Positions 28,422-37,888 of a stretch of 64,000 nucleotides of DNA are shown in pieces. Location: the NCBI GenBank assembly GCA_964607655.1, contig CAZSKX010000001.1, forward strand, positions 6,314 through 70,313. The letters run 5' to 3'. The notes beneath the pieces were generated by a model. It was not told the origin of the DNA and searched no databases. It saw only the letters and a program-made list of their open reading frames with translations. The translations under genes and the position numbers were made by a program. Each line of letters begins with the position of its first letter. Position 1 is the stretch's first letter. Source of the stretch: an uncultured Candidatus Saccharibacteria bacterium. Its GTDB lineage: Bacteria > Patescibacteriota > Minisyncoccia > Phycocordibacterales > Phycocordibacteraceae.

Positions 28422-31400
28422 ATGATCACCATTACACAAACCACCGCGTATTTCCGTGCACGACCGATCTTGGTCGGTCTCTTGACCGTACTTGTGACTA
28501 CAGGTATCGGCGCTTCGATCGCGATCTCTACGGGATTCGTTGATCCTTCGTCGGTGTTCGCGAGCGGCAACCCCACCTGCACCCTCGCTGTCGATGAAGT
28601 TGACGAAGCGGCGCTCGACTATGATGACGACGGCGAGTTGACCAGCGATGACGCGCAATATCTGCTCAGAGTAGCTGTCGGCTCGGAAACTTGTCCATCA
28701 GGGAAGATCTGTGACATCAATGGTGATGGCGTTGTGCGCACCGAAAATGAGGAGTCATCACTTGATGCACAGATGCTGCTCGTCTACGTGACAAACAAAC
28801 TCCCCACCTCAGGTCTATACACACTCTCGTGGACTTCGAACAACGCTACCGGCATGTCGATCGATAACGGCATTGGCGCGGTGATCCCCATCGTTCTCGG
28901 ACACGTAGGCGTTTCTCCAACAGAAACCACCACCTACACCGGCACCGCAACGGGTCCTGGTGGTAGCGGCACCTGTTCTGCAACCATCACCATCACCCCT
29001 CCAGGAGCTCCCGATCTCCAAGGTGGTTACATTAATGAGATTACTGCACGAGCGGGTACGCCCAAGGATTTCACTAGTACGATCACAAACGTTGGCACCG
29101 AGCCCGCGGTGAGTCTACTTGGTGACATTTATAATCGTTTTCAGATCACCGAGGGCCCTCTCGATTCAAACGGTGACACAACCACAGCGGTTACTGACAT
29201 TCCTAACGATGTTCCCGTCTCTGGACCACTAGCACCCGCAGCGCCCCAGACGGGCCCCGTAGTGACCAAAACATACACCTTCTCACCCTCAGACATTGGC
29301 TCGAGTGTGGTGGTCCGTTATATGCGGGTGTGTGCGGATTCACCCGACTCTGTGGTTGAATCTGATGAAGACAATAACTGTGGAGCCTGGAAGCCGATCC
29401 AGGTGGCACCAGCTGAAACTACAGCCTCTTCTGACCTCGTCGCTTCAGTTGTCTCTCCCACCACCGCAACTGCCGGTGTGGCAAAGACGTTCTCAGCAAC
29501 TATTTCAAACAACGGCGGCGCAGCAACAGGCGCTCCCTTCTACACCCTCGTCCAGCGCACCAACGCGGTTGACGCTGAGGGCAACGCCACGGGTTCGGTC
29601 ATCATGATCGACACCCTTGGCACCAACCCACTTTCAGCAGGGCAGAGCACGGTCAAGAGTGTCTCGTACACCTTCCCGTCAGCTGACAACGGTACCACCC
29701 GCTACCTTCGCTTCTGTGCCGACAAAACACAGCTCGGTCCTGCAGACGGTGACATCGAGGAGTCTGATGAGACCAACAACTGTGGTCCGTGGACGGCGAT
29801 TACGGTGGGGACACCTACCAATCCTGACCTCGTCGCTTCAGTTGTCTCTCCCACCACCGCAACTGCCGGTGTGGCAAAGACGTTCTCAGCAACTATTTCA
29901 AACAACGGCGGCGCAGCAACAGGCGCTCCCTTCTACACCCTCGTCCAGCGCACCAACGCGGTTGACGCTGAGGGCAACGCCACGGGTTCGGTCATCATGA
30001 TCGACACCCTTGGCACCAACCCACTTTCAGCAGGGCAGAGCACGGTCAAGAGTGTCTCGTACACCTTCCCGTCAGCTGACAACGGTACCACCCGCTACCT
30101 TCGCTTCTGTGCCGACAAAACACAGCTCGGTCCTGCAGACGGTGACATCGAGGAGTCTGATGAGACCAACAACTGTGGTCCGTGGACGGCGATTACGGTG
30201 GGGACACCTCCGGTAGCTACCTGTACCTACACGCAAGGGTATTGGAAGACACACAACGCCTCGTTTACAGGCGGCGCACCGGCTAACCCTACTTGGAACA
30301 GCGTCGGCACGCTCAAGGAGCAGACACCGTTTTATCAGAGCGACAATACCTGGTTTGGCGTGTTCTGGACGCAGCCAGCAGGCAATGCCTACTACACGCT
30401 CGCACACCAGTACATGGCAGCGAAGTTGAACGTCCTCCGTGGCGCACCGATGCCAAGCAACGTGACCACGGCCTTTAACACTGCCACGACACTCTTGTCG
30501 AGCACTGCACCCGACGGCAACACCTCAGGCGATCAGTGGACACAGCTTGCTGGTCTTCTCGGTAGCTACAACGAAGGGAATCAGGGTGTGCCGCACTGTA
30601 GCGAGCCACAGCCGCCACAGCCTGTCGCGCCAACCTGTACCCTCACGGTCACTCCAGGCTCGATCACTGCTGGCGGTAGCGCGACGCTCGCGTGGTCAAC
30701 CACGGGTGCTGCAGCATTCTCTATTAATCAAAACATCGGTGCGGTCTCTACGATCCCGGGCTCTCGATCAGTCTCGCCAAACGTGACGACGACCTACACC
30801 GGTACCGTAACGGGCCCAGGCGGCACCGCAAACTGTAACGTGACACTGACTGTTACGCCGACAGACAATCCGGCACCGACCTGCGCGCTGGTAGCGACGC
30901 CGGGGGCTATTGACTCGGGAGAGAGCTCATCGCTCACTTGGTCGACCACTCGCGCTACGTCGTTCTCTATTAATCAGGGCATCGGCGCGGTAGCTACGAC
31001 GAGCGGTACGCGCACGGTCTCACCGACCGCAACCACCACCTACACCGGTACCGTAACTGGTCCTGGGGGCACGGTAAATTGTGCGACGACGATCGATGTC
31101 GCTCCGCCACCACCACCTCCTGCACCGACCTGTACGCTTGCCGCGACACCAAGTCAGGTAGATTCAGGCGGACGCTCAGTCCTTTCATGGACCACGGCTA
31201 ACGGCGCAGCCTTCTCTATCAACCAGGGCATTGGTGGAGTGTCACCGCTCGCAGCGGGCACGACCTCCACTGCCGTCCTGACTCAAGACACGACCTTTAC
31301 GGGCACTATCACAAGCGCATCCGGACAGACGGCGACCTGTAGCACACAGGTGACGATCAAGACGGGCGGTGGTGGTGGTAACAATCCGACCTGTTCGCTT

Positions 31401-32558
31401 ACCGTCTCGCCATCGAGCTACCGAGAAGATTCAGGCGATTCCGCAACGCTCTCATGGAACGGTAGTAACGTAACGGCGGTAGATATCGATAATGGTATCG
31501 CGACAAACGCATCGATACCGGGCTCTGTCCGCGTGAATCCGTCTGGGGAGGGAACCTACACCTACAGGGGAACCTTCCGTGCGGCGAACGGAACGACCGT
31601 TAACTGTTCTGCAACGCTCGAAGTCACACGACGCTCGAGTGGCGGCAGCAGCCGAAGCAGCAGTGGCTCTCGTCCGAACCCGAGTGTACTCGTGAGCTCG
31701 GTCGCTCATGCAGGGCAGGTGGCCGGCGAGTACGTCTACCTCTCTCAGATGCCGTACACCGGTCTTGATCTCGGTCCAGCGGGCAGTCTCGTATACTGGG
31801 TCCTGCTTATCGGCTGGTCAGCGCTCCTCGCGTACATCGTGCTCTTCAATGGTGTGCCAGCATTGCGCCGATCCCTCATAGATTTCGGCGGTCAGGTACA
31901 GATGATCCTGAATACTCCAACCGCGGGTGGCGCCGCAGCTATGCCGCTCCCCAGCGTGCCAATGGCTCCGGTGATGCGTCAGACTATGACCGAACAAGAG
32001 GATACTCGCGGGTACTCAGCATATGAAGGCTTTAAGTCGTTCGCAAAGCAAGAGACACTCTCAATCGAGGACATCGTAAAGGGTCTTGCTCGCACGCATA
32101 AGATTCCGTCAGCTGCACCGCAGCCTGCGGCCATGCAAGCTCATACGGAGCCTATCTATGAAAATGTTGAGCCGATTGAAGCAGTCCCAGCACAGACCAT
32201 CACTGAGCATGTTGCAGAGGCCTCAGGCATCTCGACTGATGTCCGTGGATTTACCTACGCCCTCCTCGAGGGTGATCGTGAAGGAACGTTTGCAGGGCTT
32301 CGCCAATATGCGCGCGGGGGCGGTAAGCCGGAGACGCTCATCTCGCAGGCAGCCTTCCTGATCGACGACGCCTACCGAGCCCGTGTCGAGGGCGCCGAGT
32401 GTGATGCTGACATCGTGCGTCACGCAGCGCGTCTCTCAACGCCTCAGCTCGAGAAGCTTGTGATCTCACTTACGACGGCGATTGACTCAAGCTACTCAGC
32501 AGGGATCGCAGGGGCAAAGCTCGCCCTTACGCGCGCGCTCGCGGTTCTCGGCGCGTAA
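28422..32558 (+). CDS. Giant surface protein (1378 aa) with an N-terminal dockerin-like pair, CARDB-like modules, five ~75-aa Cys-bounded Ig-like repeats, an internal sorting-signal-like motif (MPYTG plus TM plus RR) and a ~230-aa C-terminal intracellular region
   Basis: Signal/TM N-terminus. Dockerin-like DYDDDGELTSDDAQYLL and DINGDGVV...LDAQMLL. NNCG(A/P)W module ends. Repeats CTLTVTPGS...TYTGTVTGPGGT.NC. Then LSQMPYTG-LDLGPAGSLVYWVLLIGWSALLAYIVLF-NGVPALRRS. Confidence 0.7.
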   Translation: MITITQTTAYFRARPILVGLLTVLVTTGIGASIAISTGFVDPSSVFASGNPTCTLAVDEVDEAALDYDDDGELTSDDAQYLLRVAVGSETCPSGKICDINGDGVVRTENEESSLDAQMLLVYVTNKLPTSGLYTLSWTSNNATGMSIDNGIGAVIPIVLGHVGVSPTETTTYTGTATGPGGSGTCSATITITPPGAPDLQGGYINEITARAGTPKDFTSTITNVGTEPAVSLLGDIYNRFQITEGPLDSNGDTTTAVTDIPNDVPVSGPLAPAAPQTGPVVTKTYTFSPSDIGSSVVVRYMRVCADSPDSVVESDEDNNCGAWKPIQVAPAETTASSDLVASVVSPTTATAGVAKTFSATISNNGGAATGAPFYTLVQRTNAVDAEGNATGSVIMIDTLGTNPLSAGQSTVKSVSYTFPSADNGTTRYLRFCADKTQLGPADGDIEESDETNNCGPWTAITVGTPTNPDLVASVVSPTTATAGVAKTFSATISNNGGAATGAPFYTLVQRTNAVDAEGNATGSVIMIDTLGTNPLSAGQSTVKSVSYTFPSADNGTTRYLRFCADKTQLGPADGDIEESDETNNCGPWTAITVGTPPVATCTYTQGYWKTHNASFTGGAPANPTWNSVGTLKEQTPFYQSDNTWFGVFWTQPAGNAYYTLAHQYMAAKLNVLRGAPMPSNVTTAFNTATTLLSSTAPDGNTSGDQWTQLAGLLGSYNEGNQGVPHCSEPQPPQPVAPTCTLTVTPGSITAGGSATLAWSTTGAAAFSINQNIGAVSTIPGSRSVSPNVTTTYTGTVTGPGGTANCNVTLTVTPTDNPAPTCALVATPGAIDSGESSSLTWSTTRATSFSINQGIGAVATTSGTRTVSPTATTTYTGTVTGPGGTVNCATTIDVAPPPPPPAPTCTLAATPSQVDSGGRSVLSWTTANGAAFSINQGIGGVSPLAAGTTSTAVLTQDTTFTGTITSASGQTATCSTQVTIKTGGGGGNNPTCSLTVSPSSYREDSGDSATLSWNGSNVTAVDIDNGIATNASIPGSVRVNPSGEGTYTYRGTFRAANGTTVNCSATLEVTRRSSGGSSRSSSGSRPNPSVLVSSVAHAGQVAGEYVYLSQMPYTGLDLGPAGSLVYWVLLIGWSALLAYIVLFNGVPALRRSLIDFGGQVQMILNTPTAGGAAAMPLPSVPMAPVMRQTMTEQEDTRGYSAYEGFKSFAKQETLSIEDIVKGLARTHKIPSAAPQPAAMQAHTEPIYENVEPIEAVPAQTITEHVAEASGISTDVRGFTYALLEGDREGTFAGLRQYARGGGKPETLISQAAFLIDDAYRARVEGAECDADIVRHAARLSTPQLEKLVISLTTAIDSSYSAGIAGAKLALTRALAVLGA
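29431..30209 (+). repeat. Perfect tandem duplication, 2 x ~386 bp with a 393-bp period (131 aa), inside the giant protein gene
   Basis: 29431–29816 and 29824–30209 read identically (CTGACCTCGTCGCTTCAGTTGTCTCTCCC...GATTACGGTGGGGACACCT). The translated ORF track also shows the duplication. Confidence 0.85.
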
Positions 32559-32562
32559 TACA

Positions 32563-32608
32563 AACTAACAAAACACCCGGCTCTTTAGAGCCGGGTGTTT
32601 TGTTAGTT
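32563..32608. terminator. Bidirectional terminator: ~21-bp-stem palindrome between the giant gene (+) and the small zinc-ribbon gene (-)
   Basis: AACTAACAAAACACCCGGCTC-TTTA-GAGCCGGGTGTTTTGTTAGTT. Confidence 0.7.
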
Positions 32609-32755
32609 CTTCTTCGTTTTCAGTACGGCTTTATAACAGGCTGCGCAGAGATGGTATTTCTTCACGACAGACTGCTTATTGGGAGGAGAGAAGAGAAGGC
32701 CACCAAATGCGATGAGCTCTTTCTTGCAAAAGTCGCACACGGGTTTAATCGCCAT
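32603..32755 (-). CDS. Small zinc-ribbon protein (50 aa, CxxC...CxxC), translationally coupled to thrS. Possibly Trm112/UPF0434-like.
   Basis: ATG 1 nt after the thrS TAA. MAIKPVCDFCKKEL...KKYHLCAACYKAVLKTKKN. Confidence 0.45.
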   Translation of the reverse strand: MAIKPVCDFCKKELIAFGGLLFSPPNKQSVVKKYHLCAACYKAVLKTKKN

Positions 32756-32756
32756 A

Positions 32757-34499
32757 TTACGCGCGTGTACGGACTTCTTCAGCGACGCGGGCAACAAACT
32801 CAGCCATCGGCACCGCATCTTGCTTGCCGTGGTCGCGACTCTCGACCGTGACAGTCTTGGCTTCCATCTCTTTGTCGCCGACGACGAGCAGGTAGGGAAC
32901 CTTCGAGGTCTTGCCCTCGCGGATCTTCTTGCCGAGTGACTCGTTGCCGTCGTCGAGTGTGGCACGCACACCAGCAGTGGTGAGCGCGTCAGTAATCTCC
33001 TTCGCATACGCAGCATGTCTTTCAGAGACAGACAGGACTTTAACCGTAGTGGGCGAGAGCCAGGCAGGGAAGGTGCCCGCTACGTGCTCAATATAGACCG
33101 CGAGAAAGCGCTCAATCGAGCCCATGATTGCGGCGTGGATCATCACGATCCGTTCCTTCTCGCCCTGTTCGTTGGTGCAGGTGAGGTCGAAATTCTCTGG
33201 CTGGTTGAAGTCGAGCTGGATCGTCGCTACTTGGTGAGTTCGGCCGATCGCGTCTTGGGCGATGAAATCGATCTTAGGGCCATAGATCGCGGCCTCGCCC
33301 TTGCCGTCGATGTAGTCAGTGACGCCTCGCTTCTTTATCAGGTCGAGAATCGCCTGTTCGGCCTTCTCCCAGACACTCGCGTCGCCCAAGTATTTCTCAC
33401 GCTTCTCGGGGTCATGGCGAGAAAGGCGAGGGGTGAGGGTGAAGCCGAAGGTGCCGTAGAAGGTGTTGATAATGTCCCAGATGGCAAAGACTTCCTCTTC
33501 GATCTGGCTTTCGCGGCAGAAGACGTGTGCGTCGTCCTGAGTGATCGCGAGTACGCGGGTGAGGCCTGAGAGCTCGCCTGACTGCTCGTCGCGATAGACC
33601 ATCGTGGTCTCGGCGTAGCGTTGGGGCATGTCGCGGTAGCTCTTCGGCTCAGCATCGAAGATCTGTGCGTGGTGGGGGCAGTTCATCGGCTTCACTGCGT
33701 ACTCAGTACCTTCGCGCGTGTTGATGCGGAAGAGGTCCTCGGCGTACTTGCTCCAGTGGCCGCTCTTCTCATAAAGGTTTTTCTTGGTGAGGTGCGGGAT
33801 CGTCACCTTCTGGTAGCCACGTGCCTTTCGCAGCTCCCATACGAAGTCGTTGAGTGCTTCGCGCAAAAGGGTGCCTTTCGGGGTCCAGAGTGGTAGGCCA
33901 GGGCCTACGAGTTCTGAGAATATGAAGAGACCCGTCTCTTTACCAATTTTACGATGATCGCGCTTCTTTGCCTCTTCGCGTTGGGTCAAGTAAGCATCAA
34001 GCTCCTCCTTGGTATCGAAGGCGAGGCCGTAAATACGGGTGAGCATTGGTTTGGTCTCGTCTCCGCGCCAATAGGCGCCAGCGACACGATCGAGTTTGAA
34101 GGAGTCGGGAGCAATCTCGCTTGCGGGGCTCTCAGCGTGGCCGCCGCGACACAGGTCGGTGAAGCCCCCGCAGCTATAGAGTGTGATAGTCTCGCCGCGG
34201 GCCGCGATCTCTTCAATCAACTCCGCTTTATAGATATTGCCGGCAAAACGTTCAGTGACAGTATTTTTGTCTACTTCTTCGGCGGTGAATTCTTTCCATG
34301 CAGGAAGGTGCTTGCGCATGCTCTTCTCAATTTTTGGTAGATCTGTGTCTGAGATCTTTTCAGTACCAAAATCGACATCATAGTAGAACCCATTATCAAT
34401 AGCGGGGCCGAGCGTGAGTTTGGCGTCCGGATGCTGTTCAATCACTGCCTGTGCGAGCAGGTGGGCGAGGGTGTGGCGCTTGTGTTCAAGAGACGTCAT
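32757..34499 (-). CDS. thrS: Threonine--tRNA ligase (short form lacking the N-terminal TGS domain)
   Basis: The N-terminus begins at the HxxxH editing-domain motif (KRHTLAHLLAQAV). 580 aa. Confidence 0.85.
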   Translation of the reverse strand: MTSLEHKRHTLAHLLAQAVIEQHPDAKLTLGPAIDNGFYYDVDFGTEKISDTDLPKIEKSMRKHLPAWKEFTAEEVDKNTVTERFAGNIYKAELIEEIAARGETITLYSCGGFTDLCRGGHAESPASEIAPDSFKLDRVAGAYWRGDETKPMLTRIYGLAFDTKEELDAYLTQREEAKKRDHRKIGKETGLFIFSELVGPGLPLWTPKGTLLREALNDFVWELRKARGYQKVTIPHLTKKNLYEKSGHWSKYAEDLFRINTREGTEYAVKPMNCPHHAQIFDAEPKSYRDMPQRYAETTMVYRDEQSGELSGLTRVLAITQDDAHVFCRESQIEEEVFAIWDIINTFYGTFGFTLTPRLSRHDPEKREKYLGDASVWEKAEQAILDLIKKRGVTDYIDGKGEAAIYGPKIDFIAQDAIGRTHQVATIQLDFNQPENFDLTCTNEQGEKERIVMIHAAIMGSIERFLAVYIEHVAGTFPAWLSPTTVKVLSVSERHAAYAKEITDALTTAGVRATLDDGNESLGKKIREGKTSKVPYLLVVGDKEMEAKTVTVESRDHGKQDAVPMAEFVARVAEEVRTRA

Positions 34500-34520
34500 G
34501 GGCCTCAGAATACCACAATT

Positions 34521-37500
34521 TTAGAGCGGCTTGAGGTCTTCGATCGCGATGGAGGTCTCGCCGTTACGGATGGTGATTTTTCCTTTAATAAGTAGACAGT
34601 TGCCCGGAGCTACCACTGAGGAGTGTTCTTTAAACAGCTTTGGGAAGATCACCGCCTCAATACTGTCAGAAGTGTCTTCGAGTGTCAGGAAGGACATCTT
34701 CTCTCCGGATTTCGTAAGTAGGGTGCGATTTGCGGTGATGAGTATAGGAAGGATAACCGGGAGTCCGGCCTTGGGATCTTCTTTGATTTTTGCGATCGAG
34801 ATGCCGGCCTTTGCGCGCTTCTCGGCATGCGCGTCGAGAGGGTGGCCGCTCACGTAGATGCCCAACAGTTCTTTCTCCCAGGCGAGCTTGTCGAGGAGCG
34901 ACGTGGGCTCGCCCTTAGGGAGCCGCAGTTCGGCTGGCGCAGCCAACGCACCAAAAAGGGAGTCTTGTGGGGCAACGGTGGTTGCTTCGCGGTGATAGGC
35001 GAGTAGGGTCTCAATGTTTTCGAGTAAGGTGCGGCGGCTTACGTCACCGCGTAGTGAGTCGAGCGCGCCACATTTGATCAATGACTCGAGCGATTTACGG
35101 TTCAGGTTTCTCGAACCAACGCGCGAGAGAAAGTCGGCGAGCGAGGTGAAAGGTCCGTGACCAATACGTTTGTCGAGAATGGCTTTCGCGACCGCGTCGC
35201 CAAAGTTTTTGATCGAGTTGAGTCCGAAACGAATTGCTTTTGGTAGTGTGCTGCTCGACGCGTCTCCTTCCGGGTACGCCATTTCCTTGCTAGGAAATGG
35301 CTCAGTCCTCGCCTCGTCAGTCTGCGGGGCCCCTTCAGTAGACACGTCGTCGCGCACAACTGTTCGGATGGCGGTAAAGTCCGTCCCACTTTCGTTTACG
35401 TCAGGCGGGAGGACGGGGACCCCCATGCGCTTGGCTTCAGCAACGAATGTAGAGATTTGTTCGGTGTCGCCCGCGTCAGCAGTGAGGAGTGCGCAGAGAT
35501 ATTCGACCGGATAATTAGCCTTCATATACGCGGTCTGGTAGGCGACGCGACCATAGCTCGCCGAGTGTGCCTTGTTGAAGCCGTACGCCGCAAATGGTTC
35601 GATCCATTCCCACACCTCCTCAGCTTTTTTACGTGGCCACTTCGAGTGCTCAACACAGCCTTCGATAAACTTATCCTTCTGCTTCTGCATTTCTTCGGGA
35701 ATCTTTTTACCGACAGCCTTACGGAACTTGTCGACTTCACCCCAGGAGTAGCCGGCGAGGTCGTGCGCCATGATCAGAAGGTCGTCTTGGTACACGAGGA
35801 TCCCGTAGGTCGGCTTCAAGATCGGTTCCATCGAGGGGTCGAGGTAGCGGATCATGCGGGGATTGTGTTTACGTTCGATGTACTGCGGAATAAATTGCAT
35901 CGGGCCCGGGCGATAGAGTGCGACCATGGCGTTGATGTCGTGGATCGTGTTGGGCTTCAGCTCCTTAAGCCACCGGGTCATTCCTGAGCCGTTTAGTTGG
36001 AATGTCCCTTCGGTCTCGCCTCGGGCGAGCATTGCGAAGGTCTTCTTGTCGTCGAGGGGAATGTTTTCGATATCGACGTCGATGCCACGCGTTTCTTTCA
36101 CTCGTCGGACGGAGTCGGCGAGGATGGTGAGGTTCTTGATGCCCAGGAAGTCAAACTTGGTGAGACCGACGCCGTCTTCGCCGACTGAGTACATGTCGTA
36201 CTGGGTGATAAGTTTGCCGGTGCCCTTAGGGTCGGGCTGGATCGGTGACCACTCGATAAGCGGGGTCGGTGAGATAACGACTCCGGCGGCGTGCACGCCC
36301 ACGTGACGCACGCAGCCTTCAATACGCTGGGAGAGATCGAGGATCTCTTTCGCGTCCTCGTCTTCGTCGTAGAGCGCCTTCAGATCGGGCTCGAGCTCGA
36401 GAGCGCGGTCGATCGTCATCGGGAACCCTTGTGAGCCCATCGGGATCAGCTTAGCGATGCGATCACCGGTGTTGTAGGAGTGGCCGAGGGCTCGCGAGAT
36501 GTCGCGTACAGCGGCGCGCGCCATCATCGTACCGAAGGTGCCGATCTGCGCGACGTGGTCGATACCGTATTTATTACGGGCGTATTCGATCACCTCGTCG
36601 CGGCGGTCGTCGGCGAAGTCCATGTCGATATCGGGCGCCGAAGGGCGTTCTGGGTTCAAGAAGCGTTCGAACGGGATCTTGTATTCAAGCGGATCAATCT
36701 TGGTGATCTGGAGCAGGTAGGTCGTCATGCTTCCGGCCACCGAACCGCGGATGTTTGTGTAGATCCCGTTTTCGCGCGCGAACCGGATCAGGTCTTCCAC
36801 CACGAGGAAGTAGGCAGCGTAGCCCTTAAAGGCGATGATGCCGAGTTCGTAATTGAGGCGTTCGAGCACGTCCTCCCGCCCCTCGAGACCGCGTGCGTGG
36901 AGGCCCTCCATACAGAGCTCGCGTAAGAGTTCATCAGCGGTCTTACCCTCCGGCAGGACGAAGTTGGGGAAGACAAATTTCCCGAGCGTGAGATCGACCG
37001 AACAGCGATCAGCGATTTTTCGGGTGTTATCGATAGCGTCGGGGGTATCTTTAAAAAGTTTCAATGCCTGCGCCTCGTCGATAAAAGAGAAGTCTTCAGT
37101 CTCGTTGCGCCCCCGCTCTCCATGTTGAATACGACGCATGATCTCCGTGGCGCCTCGATCGTCAGGCTCTAGGTAGTACACGTCGTGCTGCGCGACGAGC
37201 TCGGTATTCGTCTTGCGTGCGAGGGTGATTATTGCTTGCATTAATTCTTCGTGGCCGGGCACGCGCGAGTGACGGGTGATCTCGAGGAAGAGATTCTCTG
37301 CTCCAAAGATTTCTTTAAACTCAGCAATCGCTGCGGCCGCGCCTGCCTCGTCTCTAGCGCGTAGGAGCTGAGCTACGTCTCCAGAGAATGAAGGAATGAT
37401 CGCGATGAGACCATTGTGATATTCACGCAAGAGTTCCTTATCGATTCGCGGGCGTTCAAAAAATCCCTCAGTCCATGACTTGGTCACAAGTGCGAGCAAG

Positions 37501-37802
37501 TTTTTATAACCGTCGTTATTTTCAGCCAGGAGCACAATATAGGAACGTTTAGCGTCGAGGGCTTGGTCCTTGTCGTGTCGTGATCGGGGTGCAAGGTAGG
37601 CGTCAACGCCGAGGATGGGCTTAATGCCCGCTTTCGTTGCCGATTGATAAAATTCAATCGCCCCGTGCATATTCCCGCTGTCAGTCAGAGCGAGTGCGTC
37701 CATGCCGAGTTCTTTAGCTGTGGCCACCAGCTCGTCCACCTTCGGCAGGGCCTGCAAGAAGCTGTAATGGCTGTGCGCGTGCAGGTGGATAAATCGACTC
37801 AT
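34521..37802 (-). CDS. dnaE: DNA polymerase III alpha subunit
   Basis: PHP-domain N-terminus FIHLHAHSHYSFL...ALTDSGNMHGA. 1093 aa. Confidence 0.9.
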   Translation of the reverse strand: MSRFIHLHAHSHYSFLQALPKVDELVATAKELGMDALALTDSGNMHGAIEFYQSATKAGIKPILGVDAYLAPRSRHDKDQALDAKRSYIVLLAENNDGYKNLLALVTKSWTEGFFERPRIDKELLREYHNGLIAIIPSFSGDVAQLLRARDEAGAAAAIAEFKEIFGAENLFLEITRHSRVPGHEELMQAIITLARKTNTELVAQHDVYYLEPDDRGATEIMRRIQHGERGRNETEDFSFIDEAQALKLFKDTPDAIDNTRKIADRCSVDLTLGKFVFPNFVLPEGKTADELLRELCMEGLHARGLEGREDVLERLNYELGIIAFKGYAAYFLVVEDLIRFARENGIYTNIRGSVAGSMTTYLLQITKIDPLEYKIPFERFLNPERPSAPDIDMDFADDRRDEVIEYARNKYGIDHVAQIGTFGTMMARAAVRDISRALGHSYNTGDRIAKLIPMGSQGFPMTIDRALELEPDLKALYDEDEDAKEILDLSQRIEGCVRHVGVHAAGVVISPTPLIEWSPIQPDPKGTGKLITQYDMYSVGEDGVGLTKFDFLGIKNLTILADSVRRVKETRGIDVDIENIPLDDKKTFAMLARGETEGTFQLNGSGMTRWLKELKPNTIHDINAMVALYRPGPMQFIPQYIERKHNPRMIRYLDPSMEPILKPTYGILVYQDDLLIMAHDLAGYSWGEVDKFRKAVGKKIPEEMQKQKDKFIEGCVEHSKWPRKKAEEVWEWIEPFAAYGFNKAHSASYGRVAYQTAYMKANYPVEYLCALLTADAGDTEQISTFVAEAKRMGVPVLPPDVNESGTDFTAIRTVVRDDVSTEGAPQTDEARTEPFPSKEMAYPEGDASSSTLPKAIRFGLNSIKNFGDAVAKAILDKRIGHGPFTSLADFLSRVGSRNLNRKSLESLIKCGALDSLRGDVSRRTLLENIETLLAYHREATTVAPQDSLFGALAAPAELRLPKGEPTSLLDKLAWEKELLGIYVSGHPLDAHAEKRAKAGISIAKIKEDPKAGLPVILPILITANRTLLTKSGEKMSFLTLEDTSDSIEAVIFPKLFKEHSSVVAPGNCLLIKGKITIRNGETSIAIEDLKPL

Positions 37803-37808
37803 GTGCTT

Positions 37809-37880
37809 AGTATACCCCGTGAGATATTTTCTCTAATTATCGAAAAACCGCTTCATCCAGCGTGTATCTCACGGGGTATA
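37809..37880. promoter_or_regulatory. 17-nt inverted repeat pair (34-nt spacer) in the divergent dnaE/rnhB intergenic region
   Basis: AGTATACCCCGTGAGATA ... TATCTCACGGGGTATACT. Confidence 0.4.
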
Positions 37881-37888
37881 CTTATTGT

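Noticed and set aside
29400-30220. Exact direct repeats that could be mistaken for a CRISPR array or IS terminal repeats.
   Set aside because: Only two copies of a 393-bp unit, in frame, inside a continuous ORF encoding a protein module. No short spacer-repeat periodicity and no cas genes.
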